Assembly: GCA_963674965.2 (NCBI GenBank)
Contig: CAXXFL010000001.1
Location: forward strand, 1,440,001-1,504,000
Direction of reading: 5' to 3'
DNA length: 64,000 bases
DNA from: a bacterium
GTDB taxonomy: Bacteria > RBG-13-61-14 > DATKZS01
Shown: positions 36,388 through 46,360 of the stretch, one piece after another
How positions within the stretch are numbered: position 1 is the first letter of the stretch
Layout: every line of letters starts with the position of its first letter
Notes under the pieces: model-generated
Databases searched by the model: none
What the model was told of the DNA's origin: nothing
The model's input: only the letters and a program-made list of their open reading frames with translations
Translations under genes and position numbers: made by a program

Positions 36388-37200
36388 TCAGGTTACGTCA
36401 AGGATTTTTCCAATCCGCTCGATGGTCTTGTCCACGTAGGCCGAGTCGTCCACCCGTATCTCGATGGCCCCGTCGGGACAGGCCTCGGCGCAGCGGCCGC
36501 AGCCCCGGCACTCATCGTTTATCACGGGACGGCCGTCCTCCATGGTGATGGCCTGGAATATGCACTCGTCCGCGCAAAGGCCGCAACCGCCGCAATCGTC
36601 GGTCACGTGGACCGACACGCCGGGCATCCTCGAGAACTTGGCCCCCACGAACGGCGCCGAGTAGGGTATGGTCCTGGTTATGCAGCAGCAGGGGCAACAG
36701 TTGCAGATGGACATGAGCCTTCTCTCGGGCCAGACCTCGAGCCAGACGTTATCCAGCTTGCTGTTTCCAACGCAGTGCACCAGTCCGGCCTCCCTGCACC
36801 TGGCCGCGTGATCGAGGGCCTCCTCGACCGAGGCCTGGCGGCCCAGGTCGGGATGGACCCGGGAGGCGGCCTCCCCCAGGAATATGCAGCCAAGCTCGCG
36901 AGGATAATCCCGGCACTCGTTACTCTCGCGGCAGATACAGAAGTTCATCACCACCCGGTGCGAGGCCTTCCGGATAAAATGCTCCAGCACCCGCGAGGGA
37001 AGCACCACGTCATCCCTGCCCCCCACCGACTCCTCGATTTTGATCACCCCGTCCTTGGGAAGGCAGATCATGTCGTCGGTCTTGAAGAACTGCTCGAGGA
37101 CTTTGGCCGTATTGGGATTTTTTGTCGGGTTGTCGTGAGAGAGACTCTTGGGGTACATGGCCATATATTTATCGATGCGTTTCTTTACTTTCTCGTCCAT
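36388..37200 (-). CDS. 4Fe-4S dicluster-domain protein
   Basis: CICR..C, ICNCCPCCC, CGGCGLCADEC, CRGCGRCAEACP. Confidence 0.85.
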   Translation of the reverse strand: MDEKVKKRIDKYMAMYPKSLSHDNPTKNPNTAKVLEQFFKTDDMICLPKDGVIKIEESVGGRDDVVLPSRVLEHFIRKASHRVVMNFCICRESNECRDYPRELGCIFLGEAASRVHPDLGRQASVEEALDHAARCREAGLVHCVGNSKLDNVWLEVWPERRLMSICNCCPCCCITRTIPYSAPFVGAKFSRMPGVSVHVTDDCGGCGLCADECIFQAITMEDGRPVINDECRGCGRCAEACPDGAIEIRVDDSAYVDKTIERIGKILDVT

Positions 37201-37336
37201 CTCCCGCCTCCTTCATGAGCCGACGCGAGGGCCGGCCTTTTTATACCGCAAGATAAATATAGGGCGTTCAAATTGTCAAGACGGAAGGGATAACGAAATC
37301 CGATCCGGTGAGGGGAAGACGAGGATTCTTTTCCAA

Positions 37337-38326
37337 TCAATCAACCTGTCCCAAGCCCAGCAGATACCCTCCCAGCCAGGTCGAGAGAGCGGCGTCGGCC
37401 ATAAGCGCCCGGTCCATGGATTCCTCGTCGTCCTCGGCCAGGCCTTGGGCGGCCATAAGCATAACCGCCTCGTTTATGGCCAGGTATCCGGCGCTGACGT
37501 CGACCAGGGCCCGATAGGAACCGGGCCCGAACTCGCGCCTCTCCATGAAATCCTCCCATACTCGTCCGCCCCTCTCGATGGCGCCCGGCAGCCTTTTATC
37601 GAGGCGGCGGCTCATCCGCTTCCAGCCGTCGCTCGACGGATGAGCCAACTTATCGCGCAGGGGCAAAAGGGGAGAAAGGGCGGCCCCCGCCTCCGGATAA
37701 TCGCACTCGATAAGTCCCCCGCAGACGATGGAATTGGCGAGCGCCTCCTGGCCCGCGGGCGGGCGCCTCAGCACCTCGAGCAGGTAGCCCCGGTTGTATC
37801 CATAGGTGAAAACGAGGGCGTTAAAAGCGGCCTTTAACTCAGCCCGCTTGGCGCCTAGGCCGCCCTGGCGGACGAGCCAGAGGCGGCGGCGGATGAGCTG
37901 GTCCAGCCCCAGAAGCGCGGGAAGGCGGAAGCTGTTAATGGCGGAGGACCCGATAGGCCGCTGCCCGGCCTCGATGAAGGTCCGGTTCAGCCAGACGCCT
38001 CCCTCGTGCCCGGAAAGGAACAGCGTTCCGTTTATATGCGGCATGTCGTTCACGCCAGCTTCTCCGGAAAGGACCTCGTGAAAGACGCGCTCGGGCAGCC
38101 ACGCGAAAAGGAAATCCTCCCGGCCGGCGCCGGTACGACCCGATCGATAGGTTTCCTCCCATGCGGCCAGGGCGTCCCCGTCGATAATGATGGAGTCGCT
38201 CGCGAAGCGGGGAATGGATGGCGGCTCCGGGATGAAGGACTCGCCGCCAAAGGCGGCCGGGCAAAGAGCCATGGTTATGAGGGCGAGAAAAAACGCGGCC
38301 GCTTTTTGATATGACCTTTTTGCCAA
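37337..38326 (-). CDS. Hypothetical exported protein
   Basis: TTG start, signal-like N-terminus, co-oriented just downstream of the two-component pair. Confidence 0.55.
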   Translation of the reverse strand: MAKRSYQKAAAFFLALITMALCPAAFGGESFIPEPPSIPRFASDSIIIDGDALAAWEETYRSGRTGAGREDFLFAWLPERVFHEVLSGEAGVNDMPHINGTLFLSGHEGGVWLNRTFIEAGQRPIGSSAINSFRLPALLGLDQLIRRRLWLVRQGGLGAKRAELKAAFNALVFTYGYNRGYLLEVLRRPPAGQEALANSIVCGGLIECDYPEAGAALSPLLPLRDKLAHPSSDGWKRMSRRLDKRLPGAIERGGRVWEDFMERREFGPGSYRALVDVSAGYLAINEAVMLMAAQGLAEDDEESMDRALMADAALSTWLGGYLLGLGQVD

Positions 38327-38340
38327 CCGCCGCTCCCTTC

Positions 38341-39375
38341 TCAGTCCGGCCTTGGCCTCAGGGGAAGGTGGACGGTAAAGGTCGTGCCCGACCCGGGACC
38401 TTCCCGGCTTTCCACCGCAATCTTGCCTCCGTGGGCCCGGACGATGTGATCGCAGATGGCCAGTCCCAGGCCGTAGCCGTCGTGCCGGGTCCTTCGTGAG
38501 GGGGTGCCCCTGTAAAAGGGCTCGAAGATGTGGGGCAGGTCCTTGGGGCTTATGCCCACGCCCGTGTCTCGCACCCGCAGTTGTACCTCGTCCCTCTCCC
38601 CGTCCATGACCAGGGTCACCTCGATCTTGCCCCCCGAGGGAGTATAGTGCAGGGCGTTGTCCATCAGATTATGGATGAGCTGCCTCAGCCTGGCCGCGTC
38701 GCCCTCGATCCGTATGTCGCCCTCGATGTAGGACTCGAGGCTGATGCTTTTGCGCCGGGCCGCCTCGAGGAAACCCTCACGAATCTCGGCCGCCAGAGCG
38801 CCCAGGGCCACCCCCCGAATGTTGAGACCCAACTCGCCGTAATCCGCCCGGGCCAGAGTAACCAGGTCCTCCACCAGCCGGTGGATGCGCTCGATCTCCT
38901 CCAGGTTCGACCGCAGGATGTCAACGTACTCCGACGGCTCCCTCTCCTTCATAAGGGCGACCTCGACGTCGCCCTTCATAATGGTGAGAGGAGTCCGGAT
39001 GTCGTGAGAGACCGCTCCCACGAACTGGCGCTGGCGGGCCATGGCCTCCTCCATCCTGTCCATTAAGGAATTGAGCTCGAGCTGGACCTCGCCCAGGTCG
39101 TCCCGCGCGTCCGTCACGTAAAGACGGTCGCGAAAACCACCGCCCGAGAGGTTCTGAACCAGGTCCCGAGTCTGCTGCAAAGGGTTAAAGGCCAGGGCGG
39201 AAAGAAACCGGGCGGATACGAGAAAAAAAACCGAGCATAAAAGATATGAGATAATCGCGCCGATGGACGCGTATCTCGGATAAGCCAAAACGAGGGTGAG
39301 GGCGATCCACGCCGCGGATACGAAGCCGACCCCCGCAACCGCCAGGAACAGCAGCCTTGGACGAGTCAACCGCAT
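38341..39375 (-). CDS. Sensor histidine kinase (2 TM, HAMP, HisKA, HATPase)
   Basis: SHDIRTPLT, NLMDNA, DTGVGI, GYGLGL. Confidence 0.92.
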   Translation of the reverse strand: MRLTRPRLLFLAVAGVGFVSAAWIALTLVLAYPRYASIGAIISYLLCSVFFLVSARFLSALAFNPLQQTRDLVQNLSGGGFRDRLYVTDARDDLGEVQLELNSLMDRMEEAMARQRQFVGAVSHDIRTPLTIMKGDVEVALMKEREPSEYVDILRSNLEEIERIHRLVEDLVTLARADYGELGLNIRGVALGALAAEIREGFLEAARRKSISLESYIEGDIRIEGDAARLRQLIHNLMDNALHYTPSGGKIEVTLVMDGERDEVQLRVRDTGVGISPKDLPHIFEPFYRGTPSRRTRHDGYGLGLAICDHIVRAHGGKIAVESREGPGSGTTFTVHLPLRPRPD

Positions 39376-39381
39376 GGGCCG

Positions 39382-40185
<804 letters not shown>

Positions 40186-40274
40186 GACGTTTCGCTCGCG
40201 TGAAAATCAACCTTAGATGATTTTAATCAAAGGGGTATGAGCTTGTCAACAAAAATGTGCATAAAAAAGAAAGG

Positions 40275-42044
40275 TTATTTGACCGAGCCCGTTTTTGCCC
40301 TTCCACGTCCCTGGCCTACATTGTAACCCGTCTTTGGAACGTAGTAAATCCAAACCGACGCGCCCACCTTGGCGAAGGGTATCTCGTCCCCTAACCAGCC
40401 GAGGCATTGTTCGTCGCCCATGTATAAATCCACTCCCAAAGCCTCGTTGGCGCTGACGGCGAGATACCCCGGAAGCGGCGGACAGGGGGCGACCTCGTAC
40501 TCGACGCCGAAGAGAGCGGGGTCCACCGGACCGAAGCGGGCAAGCTGGATTTTGCGGACGCCCTTTTCCCGCTGCCACCTGGCCAGACGTATCCAGTCCT
40601 GGCCCCAGTCCAGGTTAGAGTCGGCCAGGACCTGGTGACCCCGGTGAGGAAGCCTGGGGCCTCCAGCCAGAACGTTAAAATATGAGAGATAATCAGGATA
40701 GGCGGCCAGGGTCGAGAGAGAGATCAAAATCAGACAAACGAAGTAAAATGACGCGGCAACATGGCCGGCAGCCTTCTTCTCGAACCTCCGTTTAATCCCC
40801 GCCAGGGAAACGGATACGAAAATGATAAAAAACCCCATGGCCGGAAGAAGTACCCGCGCTCCGTAAAGCTTGCCCGTCGAGACGGAAACAAGGACCAGGT
40901 AAAACAGGGCCGGCAAAAGCGCGTAAAGACGCTCTTGTCTGCCCGATAGAAACAAGCAGGCCGCCAGAAGAAAAAGGAAGGCCAGCGGAGTTTTGTAGGC
41001 CAGGCAAATAAGGTAGTACCAGGGACTGGCCTCCTTGGTGACTTTTCCGAACAGGTAATTCCGCCAGGGACCGGCGCTGTCCGCCGCCTGGAGGTCGGCT
41101 TGTATCACGAGGCGCTCGGGCGCGATAATCGGGGCCCAGCCAAAATGAGCTTTGACTTTATTAAAGGCCCCCGACTGAAAATTCAGCTCGCCGTAGGTTT
41201 TAAAAAAGCCGCCGCCATAGACAACGATCAAGATTGCCCATACCAGGGCCGCGATAAAGCTTGCCTCTTTAATAAAGCCTATCCAATCGAGTCGTCTAAG
41301 GAACGACATATCCTCGGTCCCGGCTTTTCTCGAGCCGGCCAATAAATAGAAGAGCGCCAGGGGAGCGAAAGGAATAACGGTGAACTTGGCCATGAAAAGG
41401 AGTCCAATGGCCAGGGCAAGAAGGAGAAGTTTGATTCTCGTTCTCTTCTTGACGTAAAGATACGTCGCGTACATGGCGAAGACGGAAGCGGCGGCCGCGG
41501 ACAAATCGGTCGTGACCAGACCGCCGTGGGCCAGGAAATAAGGGCACAGGCAATAAAGTAAAAGCGCGATCAGCCCGGCGCGCGGACCGCCGAGCGACCC
41601 GGCGAAGGCATATACGACGAGACCGGTCAGGCAGGCCAAAAGACAAACCATGAGCCTGGCCGAGCGGTAAAGGGATTTATATATGGCCCGGTTCTGCTCC
41701 ATGAAGTCGATCCCGACCTTCCAGAACCCGAGCGCGTCCGGATAGGGCTTGCTCTCGAGCCTGACGTCGTTCCGAAATAAAAGGGGCAAGGCCGCGATGA
41801 CGCGCTGGGACGGGGGGTTCATAATAAGCCATCTCGAGTCTCCGGTGACGAGATAGGCGTAGCCGATGGGAAGGTGGCCTAGCTCGTCGATGGTCACGGA
41901 CGTGGTCTTAAGGCTGGATTTAAGAAGGATAAAGAAAAAGCCAAGAAGAAAGAAGACCGCTAGAAAACGCGCCGCCCTCGCTCGATACGCCGGCCTTTGG
42001 GCCGCGGGTTCTTTTTTTGCCTCGGTCTTTTCCATGCCCGTCAT
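40275..42044 (-). CDS. GT-C (ArnT/PMT-like, GT39/83) membrane glycosyltransferase
   Basis: TIDE loop after TM1, NPP motif, many TM helices, DSNLDWGQD. Confidence 0.8.
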   Translation of the reverse strand: MTGMEKTEAKKEPAAQRPAYRARAARFLAVFFLLGFFFILLKSSLKTTSVTIDELGHLPIGYAYLVTGDSRWLIMNPPSQRVIAALPLLFRNDVRLESKPYPDALGFWKVGIDFMEQNRAIYKSLYRSARLMVCLLACLTGLVVYAFAGSLGGPRAGLIALLLYCLCPYFLAHGGLVTTDLSAAAASVFAMYATYLYVKKRTRIKLLLLALAIGLLFMAKFTVIPFAPLALFYLLAGSRKAGTEDMSFLRRLDWIGFIKEASFIAALVWAILIVVYGGGFFKTYGELNFQSGAFNKVKAHFGWAPIIAPERLVIQADLQAADSAGPWRNYLFGKVTKEASPWYYLICLAYKTPLAFLFLLAACLFLSGRQERLYALLPALFYLVLVSVSTGKLYGARVLLPAMGFFIIFVSVSLAGIKRRFEKKAAGHVAASFYFVCLILISLSTLAAYPDYLSYFNVLAGGPRLPHRGHQVLADSNLDWGQDWIRLARWQREKGVRKIQLARFGPVDPALFGVEYEVAPCPPLPGYLAVSANEALGVDLYMGDEQCLGWLGDEIPFAKVGASVWIYYVPKTGYNVGQGRGRAKTGSVK

Positions 42045-42107
42045 TTTAGCGTGAAAGCGTAAATCTGGAAACGGCTCGGTCTGATTTTCCGGCGGGAAGA
42101 AGCGGCC

Positions 42108-42935
42108 TCATCTTTGCTCGGGCAGGCGGTCCTTGAAGGAGATGTAAGGATTAAGGTCCAGGTCCTTGGCGATTTTAAGGGCGATGGGCACTCCGGCCCC
42201 GAGGTCCTCGACCCGGTGGGCGTCCGAGCCGATCAGGACCAGGGAACCCGTAAGCTCCCTGAAAAGCTTGAGCGCGTACTCGTCCGGATACGTGCTTTCC
42301 GGCGCCTGCCGAAGGCCCGAGGTGTTGATCTCGATGGGCATGGACCTCTTGATCGCGCCCTCGAAAATCCCGCGGAGAGGCCCGTAATAAATTCCCCACT
42401 CGAGGGGCTCTTTTAAATAGCGCTGGCCATAGCGGCGAACCAGGTCGAGATGGCCCACCACGTCGAAGAGCCCGGTCCGGACCATCATCTCGACGGCGTC
42501 GAAATAAGCGGCGAATATATCGAGCGGATCGTGTTTGGCGAAGGTCTCGAGGGCCTCGTATTCGTCGCTCACGCCGGCTTCCCCGTCATATACGGCGTGG
42601 ACCGAACCGATGACGTAGTCGAAATGGCGCTCGTCAAGATAAGCGGCGATATCGTCCGCGATCTTGGGCAGAAAACCGACCTCGGCGCCCATAAGTATCT
42701 CGATCGAGTCGAAGCGTCGCCTGGCCTCCCCGATCTGGCTTTGATATTTTTCGTAGTCCAGGTTTCGGCAATAAGGGTCGTTGGGATCTAGGTCAACGTG
42801 CTCGCAAAAGCCCACCGTTTTCATGCCCCTTTTTTGGGCCTCCTCGCAGAAATCGAAAATGGTCCCTTCCCCGTCCGCGGACAGGGCGGTGTGAAGGTGG
42901 AAGTCGAAGGGGGCGATGGAGTGAACGTCGTTCAT
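42108..42935 (-). CDS. PHP-family histidinol-phosphatase (HisJ/HisK-like)
   Basis: DFHLHT, EH, GAEVG, GSVH, GHLD, EINTSG, GSDAH. Confidence 0.85.
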   Translation of the reverse strand: MNDVHSIAPFDFHLHTALSADGEGTIFDFCEEAQKRGMKTVGFCEHVDLDPNDPYCRNLDYEKYQSQIGEARRRFDSIEILMGAEVGFLPKIADDIAAYLDERHFDYVIGSVHAVYDGEAGVSDEYEALETFAKHDPLDIFAAYFDAVEMMVRTGLFDVVGHLDLVRRYGQRYLKEPLEWGIYYGPLRGIFEGAIKRSMPIEINTSGLRQAPESTYPDEYALKLFRELTGSLVLIGSDAHRVEDLGAGVPIALKIAKDLDLNPYISFKDRLPEQR

Positions 42936-43144
42936 GAATGTCCTCCGTCCGGCGCCTTTGCGCCTTGATTTTCAATTATCGGCCATAAACCTCGCGTTGG
43001 CAATACCCTTCCGATCTTAATAAATTGTCGTCCGAAAATTTCTTTTGGCCTTGCCTGTTATCGAGTTTAAGCATTATTATAGAGATGAATTCATTATCGA
43101 CGGCTCCAGGTTTTACGACGGCGGGACGCGCGGGAGGGGAGAAA

Positions 43145-44719
43145 ATGTCTGGGATCAACTATCATGAACTTCTCGAGCAAAAGGCCAAGGCGCTCGGCGA
43201 CAAGACTTTTCTCATCTTCGAGGACGAGAGGATAAGCTACGCCGAGATGGACCGGCGCTCGAACCGCTTCGGTCACGCCCTGGCCAAGCTGGGCGCGGGT
43301 CCGGGCGTGGGCGTGGCCAACATGATACCGAACTCGCCCGAGACGCTTTACGCTCATTTCGGAATTCAGAAGATCGGGGCCTACTCGGTGCCGGTCAACA
43401 CGGAGTTAAAGGGCGACCACCTGGCGTATATCCTTGACCACTCGGACGCCAAGATAATCCTTACCAATCAGGACCTCTATCCCAATTACCGCAAGGTCAA
43501 GGAGCAATGCCCGAAGCTGGAAAAGGTGGCCGTCAGTCTTCGCGAGGCGGACCCCATTTTAAAGGTCCGGCCGGGGGTGCAGGTAATGCAGGACTGGCTC
43601 CAAAACGAGTCGCCCGAGCGGCCGGCCTTGCAAAGCCGGGAGGGGGACGTGGCGCTTATCATGTACACCTCGGGAACCACGGGCCGGGCCAAGGGCGTCG
43701 TATACCGCTTCGGCAAGCTGGGCCTCGAGCGGCTGGGCCTGGCGGCCAAGGTTTTCTACAAGCCCGAGGACGTGCTTTTCACCGTGCTTCCCCTTTTCCA
43801 CGCCAACGCCCTTTACGTTACCCTTCCCACCGTCCTCTGGGCCGAGGCCACCATGGCGGTGGGAAGGAAATTCTCGGCCAGCCGCTTCTGGGACGACGCG
43901 AGAGATGCGGGCGCCACCGAGTTCAACGCCCTGGGCGCCATGATCCCCATCCTCATGAAGCAGCCCGAGCGTCCGGACGACGCGGACAACCCGGTCCGTC
44001 TGGTGCTCTCCGCCGCCTGTCCCGCGGCGTTGTGGCAAAAGTTCGAGAAGCGCTTCGGTCTCAAAATCTACGAGTTCTACGGGGCCGTGGACGGAGGCGG
44101 CAACGCGGTTTTCAACCTGGGCAACGCGCCGGTGGGAAGCATCGGCAAGATGCCCCGCCCAAACGCCAGGGTGGTGGACGAGGCGGGCGCCGACGTTCCC
44201 GCCAACGTTCCTGGCGAGCTGGTCTTCAAGATCGAGGACAAGGAAAAGCCCGTCGAGTATTACAAGAACGAGGAGGCCACCAGCGAGAAGCAAAGGGACG
44301 GCTACCTTCACACTGGTGACCTGGTTTATTACGACGACAAGGATTTCCTGTATTTCGTTGACCGCAAAAGCGACAACATGAGGCGGCGGGGCGAGAACGT
44401 CTCGAGCTACGAGGTGGAGCGGACGGTCGAGAAGTTTCCCTCGGTTTTGGAGGCCGCGGCCTTCGCCATTGCCTCCGAAATCGGGGAGGACGACGTGATG
44501 GTGGCGGTGGTCCCGAGGCCGGGGGAGGAGGTTGACCCCGAGGCGCTCTACGACTTTTGCCGCGAGGAAATGCCCAGATACATGATCCCCCGCTATATAA
44601 GGGTCGTGCCCTCCTTCGAGAAAACCGAGACCCATCGCGTGGTCAAGGGCCCGCTCCGCGAGGAGGGAGTAACCCCCGATACCTGGGACGAAGAGAAAGC
44701 TCGGGGCCGGAGAAAATAA
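43145..44719 (+). CDS. Acyl-CoA ligase (CaiC-like AMP-binding enzyme)
   Basis: YTSGTTGRAKG, LHTGD, DRKSDNMRRRGENVS; start at ATG 43145. Confidence 0.9.
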   Translation: MSGINYHELLEQKAKALGDKTFLIFEDERISYAEMDRRSNRFGHALAKLGAGPGVGVANMIPNSPETLYAHFGIQKIGAYSVPVNTELKGDHLAYILDHSDAKIILTNQDLYPNYRKVKEQCPKLEKVAVSLREADPILKVRPGVQVMQDWLQNESPERPALQSREGDVALIMYTSGTTGRAKGVVYRFGKLGLERLGLAAKVFYKPEDVLFTVLPLFHANALYVTLPTVLWAEATMAVGRKFSASRFWDDARDAGATEFNALGAMIPILMKQPERPDDADNPVRLVLSAACPAALWQKFEKRFGLKIYEFYGAVDGGGNAVFNLGNAPVGSIGKMPRPNARVVDEAGADVPANVPGELVFKIEDKEKPVEYYKNEEATSEKQRDGYLHTGDLVYYDDKDFLYFVDRKSDNMRRRGENVSSYEVERTVEKFPSVLEAAAFAIASEIGEDDVMVAVVPRPGEEVDPEALYDFCREEMPRYMIPRYIRVVPSFEKTETHRVVKGPLREEGVTPDTWDEEKARGRRK

Positions 44720-44736
44720 TCGGCGATACAAATCGG

Positions 44737-45207
44737 TTATTGGTTGATCACCTGGTTGAACTTCTCGCGGATGGTATCCGCGTGCCGCCGGGTGTCGTCG
44801 GACAAGGTTGACAACATCCGCTTCAGGTCCTCGCCGTCATCTTCATAAACCTCGAAGATCATGCTCTCGATGGCTCGGGCCTCAAGCTCGAGGGCCGTGG
44901 AAAGGGCTTCCCCCGCGGAAATTTCCTCGCGCCTCGCGTAGTCGAGATAATCGCCCAGAGATTTTATAGCCGCCTCCACCTCTTGCCGGCGAAAGGGACG
45001 GGCCACGCTTTTGATTCCCTTCTTGTCCATCAAGCCTCTGAAATTCCTCACCAGGAAGGCGTGGGTCCTCTCCTCCGTGGAAAGGGCGCGCCAAAAGGCC
45101 TCGTGCTCGGGTATCTTCTGAGCGTAAACTTCATAAAGGTGGGCCAGACCTATCTCGTGCTTCTCCAAAAGCTCGGCCGCCTCCAACCGCTCGACGTTGT
45201 CCGTCAT
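44737..45207 (-). CDS. Ferritin/rubrerythrin-like four-helix protein
   Basis: E....LY, EERTH, ALELE, D..RH pattern; start uncertain. Confidence 0.65.
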   Translation of the reverse strand: MTDNVERLEAAELLEKHEIGLAHLYEVYAQKIPEHEAFWRALSTEERTHAFLVRNFRGLMDKKGIKSVARPFRRQEVEAAIKSLGDYLDYARREEISAGEALSTALELEARAIESMIFEVYEDDGEDLKRMLSTLSDDTRRHADTIREKFNQVINQ

Positions 45208-45255
45208 GATTGGACCCCTTAATTTTTCAGTGTACAGATTCAAAACGCGGAGTAA

Positions 45256-46236
45256 TTATTCCACGCCTTCCGCCTCGTCCGCTCCGGTCAGTTCCATGAC
45301 CCTCGAGACCAGTTCGTGAAAACCCCGGTCGGTCATAAGGCCGCTTATGTCCTGGGTCTCGATCTTTCTCAAGATTTCGGGATTGTTCATCATTTCCCTT
45401 ACCTCGGGGTCTTGCCGTATTTCCTCGATGCCCTGGCCCAGCCGGGCGATGCCGTCCGCCGCCTTGCGCATGAGGTCTTCCGCGTCGTCCTCCGAGTCGA
45501 CCAGTCCCAGTTCCCTTCCCCGCTCGAGAAGGTCCTCATCCTCGAGGACCTTGCGCAGGGCGTCGCTTCTCATGATCTTTTCCGGGTCGCCGGTTTCGAC
45601 GGCGGCTTGAAAGGCGGGGTCCGAGGCCAGGTCCTTGAACTTTGGGTCGCTCACGATCTCCTTCAGGTTGGACGCGGTCCGGGCGGGGTCGCTCACCGCC
45701 GCGGACAGGGCACGGGACGCGTTTTCGTCCTTGATCAATTTCTTGGCCATGGCGTAGCTGCCCTTCTCGATCACCGCCGAGGAGGCCTTGCCCGCCGCGC
45801 TTTGGCTTAAGTCGGGCAGCTTCTCGCCCGCCGGCGAGAACTGGGCCATGTTGTAAACCCAGATGCAAAGGACGGCCATGACCGCGCCGACGGCCGCGCC
45901 CGCCACGCCTCCCATCCACTTGTCAACCGGGTTGACGCTATCCTCGCCCTTTTCCTTGATGCTCTTTTTCCTTCTTCGATTAACCATGAAGGATAAAACG
46001 GAAAAAATAAGATATAAGGGCAAAAACGCTGCCAGGCCCCCCAGGGCGTAGGCCCCCACCCGAGGCACGTTAAAAAAATGCTCGATCATGAGGCCGATGG
46101 GCTTGAAGGTAACGTAGGCGAAAACGTAGGCCAGGATAAGGCCGCCTACGCTTATGGCGGTCACGAGAACGCCGCGCCGGTAACCCCGGTAAAAGAAAAG
46201 GGCGATCAGGATGATGGCGAAAAGGTTTGCCGGCAT
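45256..46236 (-). CDS. CvpA-family membrane protein with C-terminal soluble extension
   Basis: RGYRRG near N-terminus, DKWMGG..G motif, 4 TM helices. Confidence 0.75.
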   Translation of the reverse strand: MPANLFAIILIALFFYRGYRRGVLVTAISVGGLILAYVFAYVTFKPIGLMIEHFFNVPRVGAYALGGLAAFLPLYLIFSVLSFMVNRRRKKSIKEKGEDSVNPVDKWMGGVAGAAVGAVMAVLCIWVYNMAQFSPAGEKLPDLSQSAAGKASSAVIEKGSYAMAKKLIKDENASRALSAAVSDPARTASNLKEIVSDPKFKDLASDPAFQAAVETGDPEKIMRSDALRKVLEDEDLLERGRELGLVDSEDDAEDLMRKAADGIARLGQGIEEIRQDPEVREMMNNPEILRKIETQDISGLMTDRGFHELVSRVMELTGADEAEGVE

Positions 46237-46360
46237 GAACCAAGGACCTCCGTTTCAAGTAATCAGAAAATATCATTTTCCGAGAATAAAGGAAAGAGCG
46301 AGAAAAAAAAACAAGGACGCGGAGTTCCGCGCCCTTGCCGCCAATTGCCTAGGATAAATT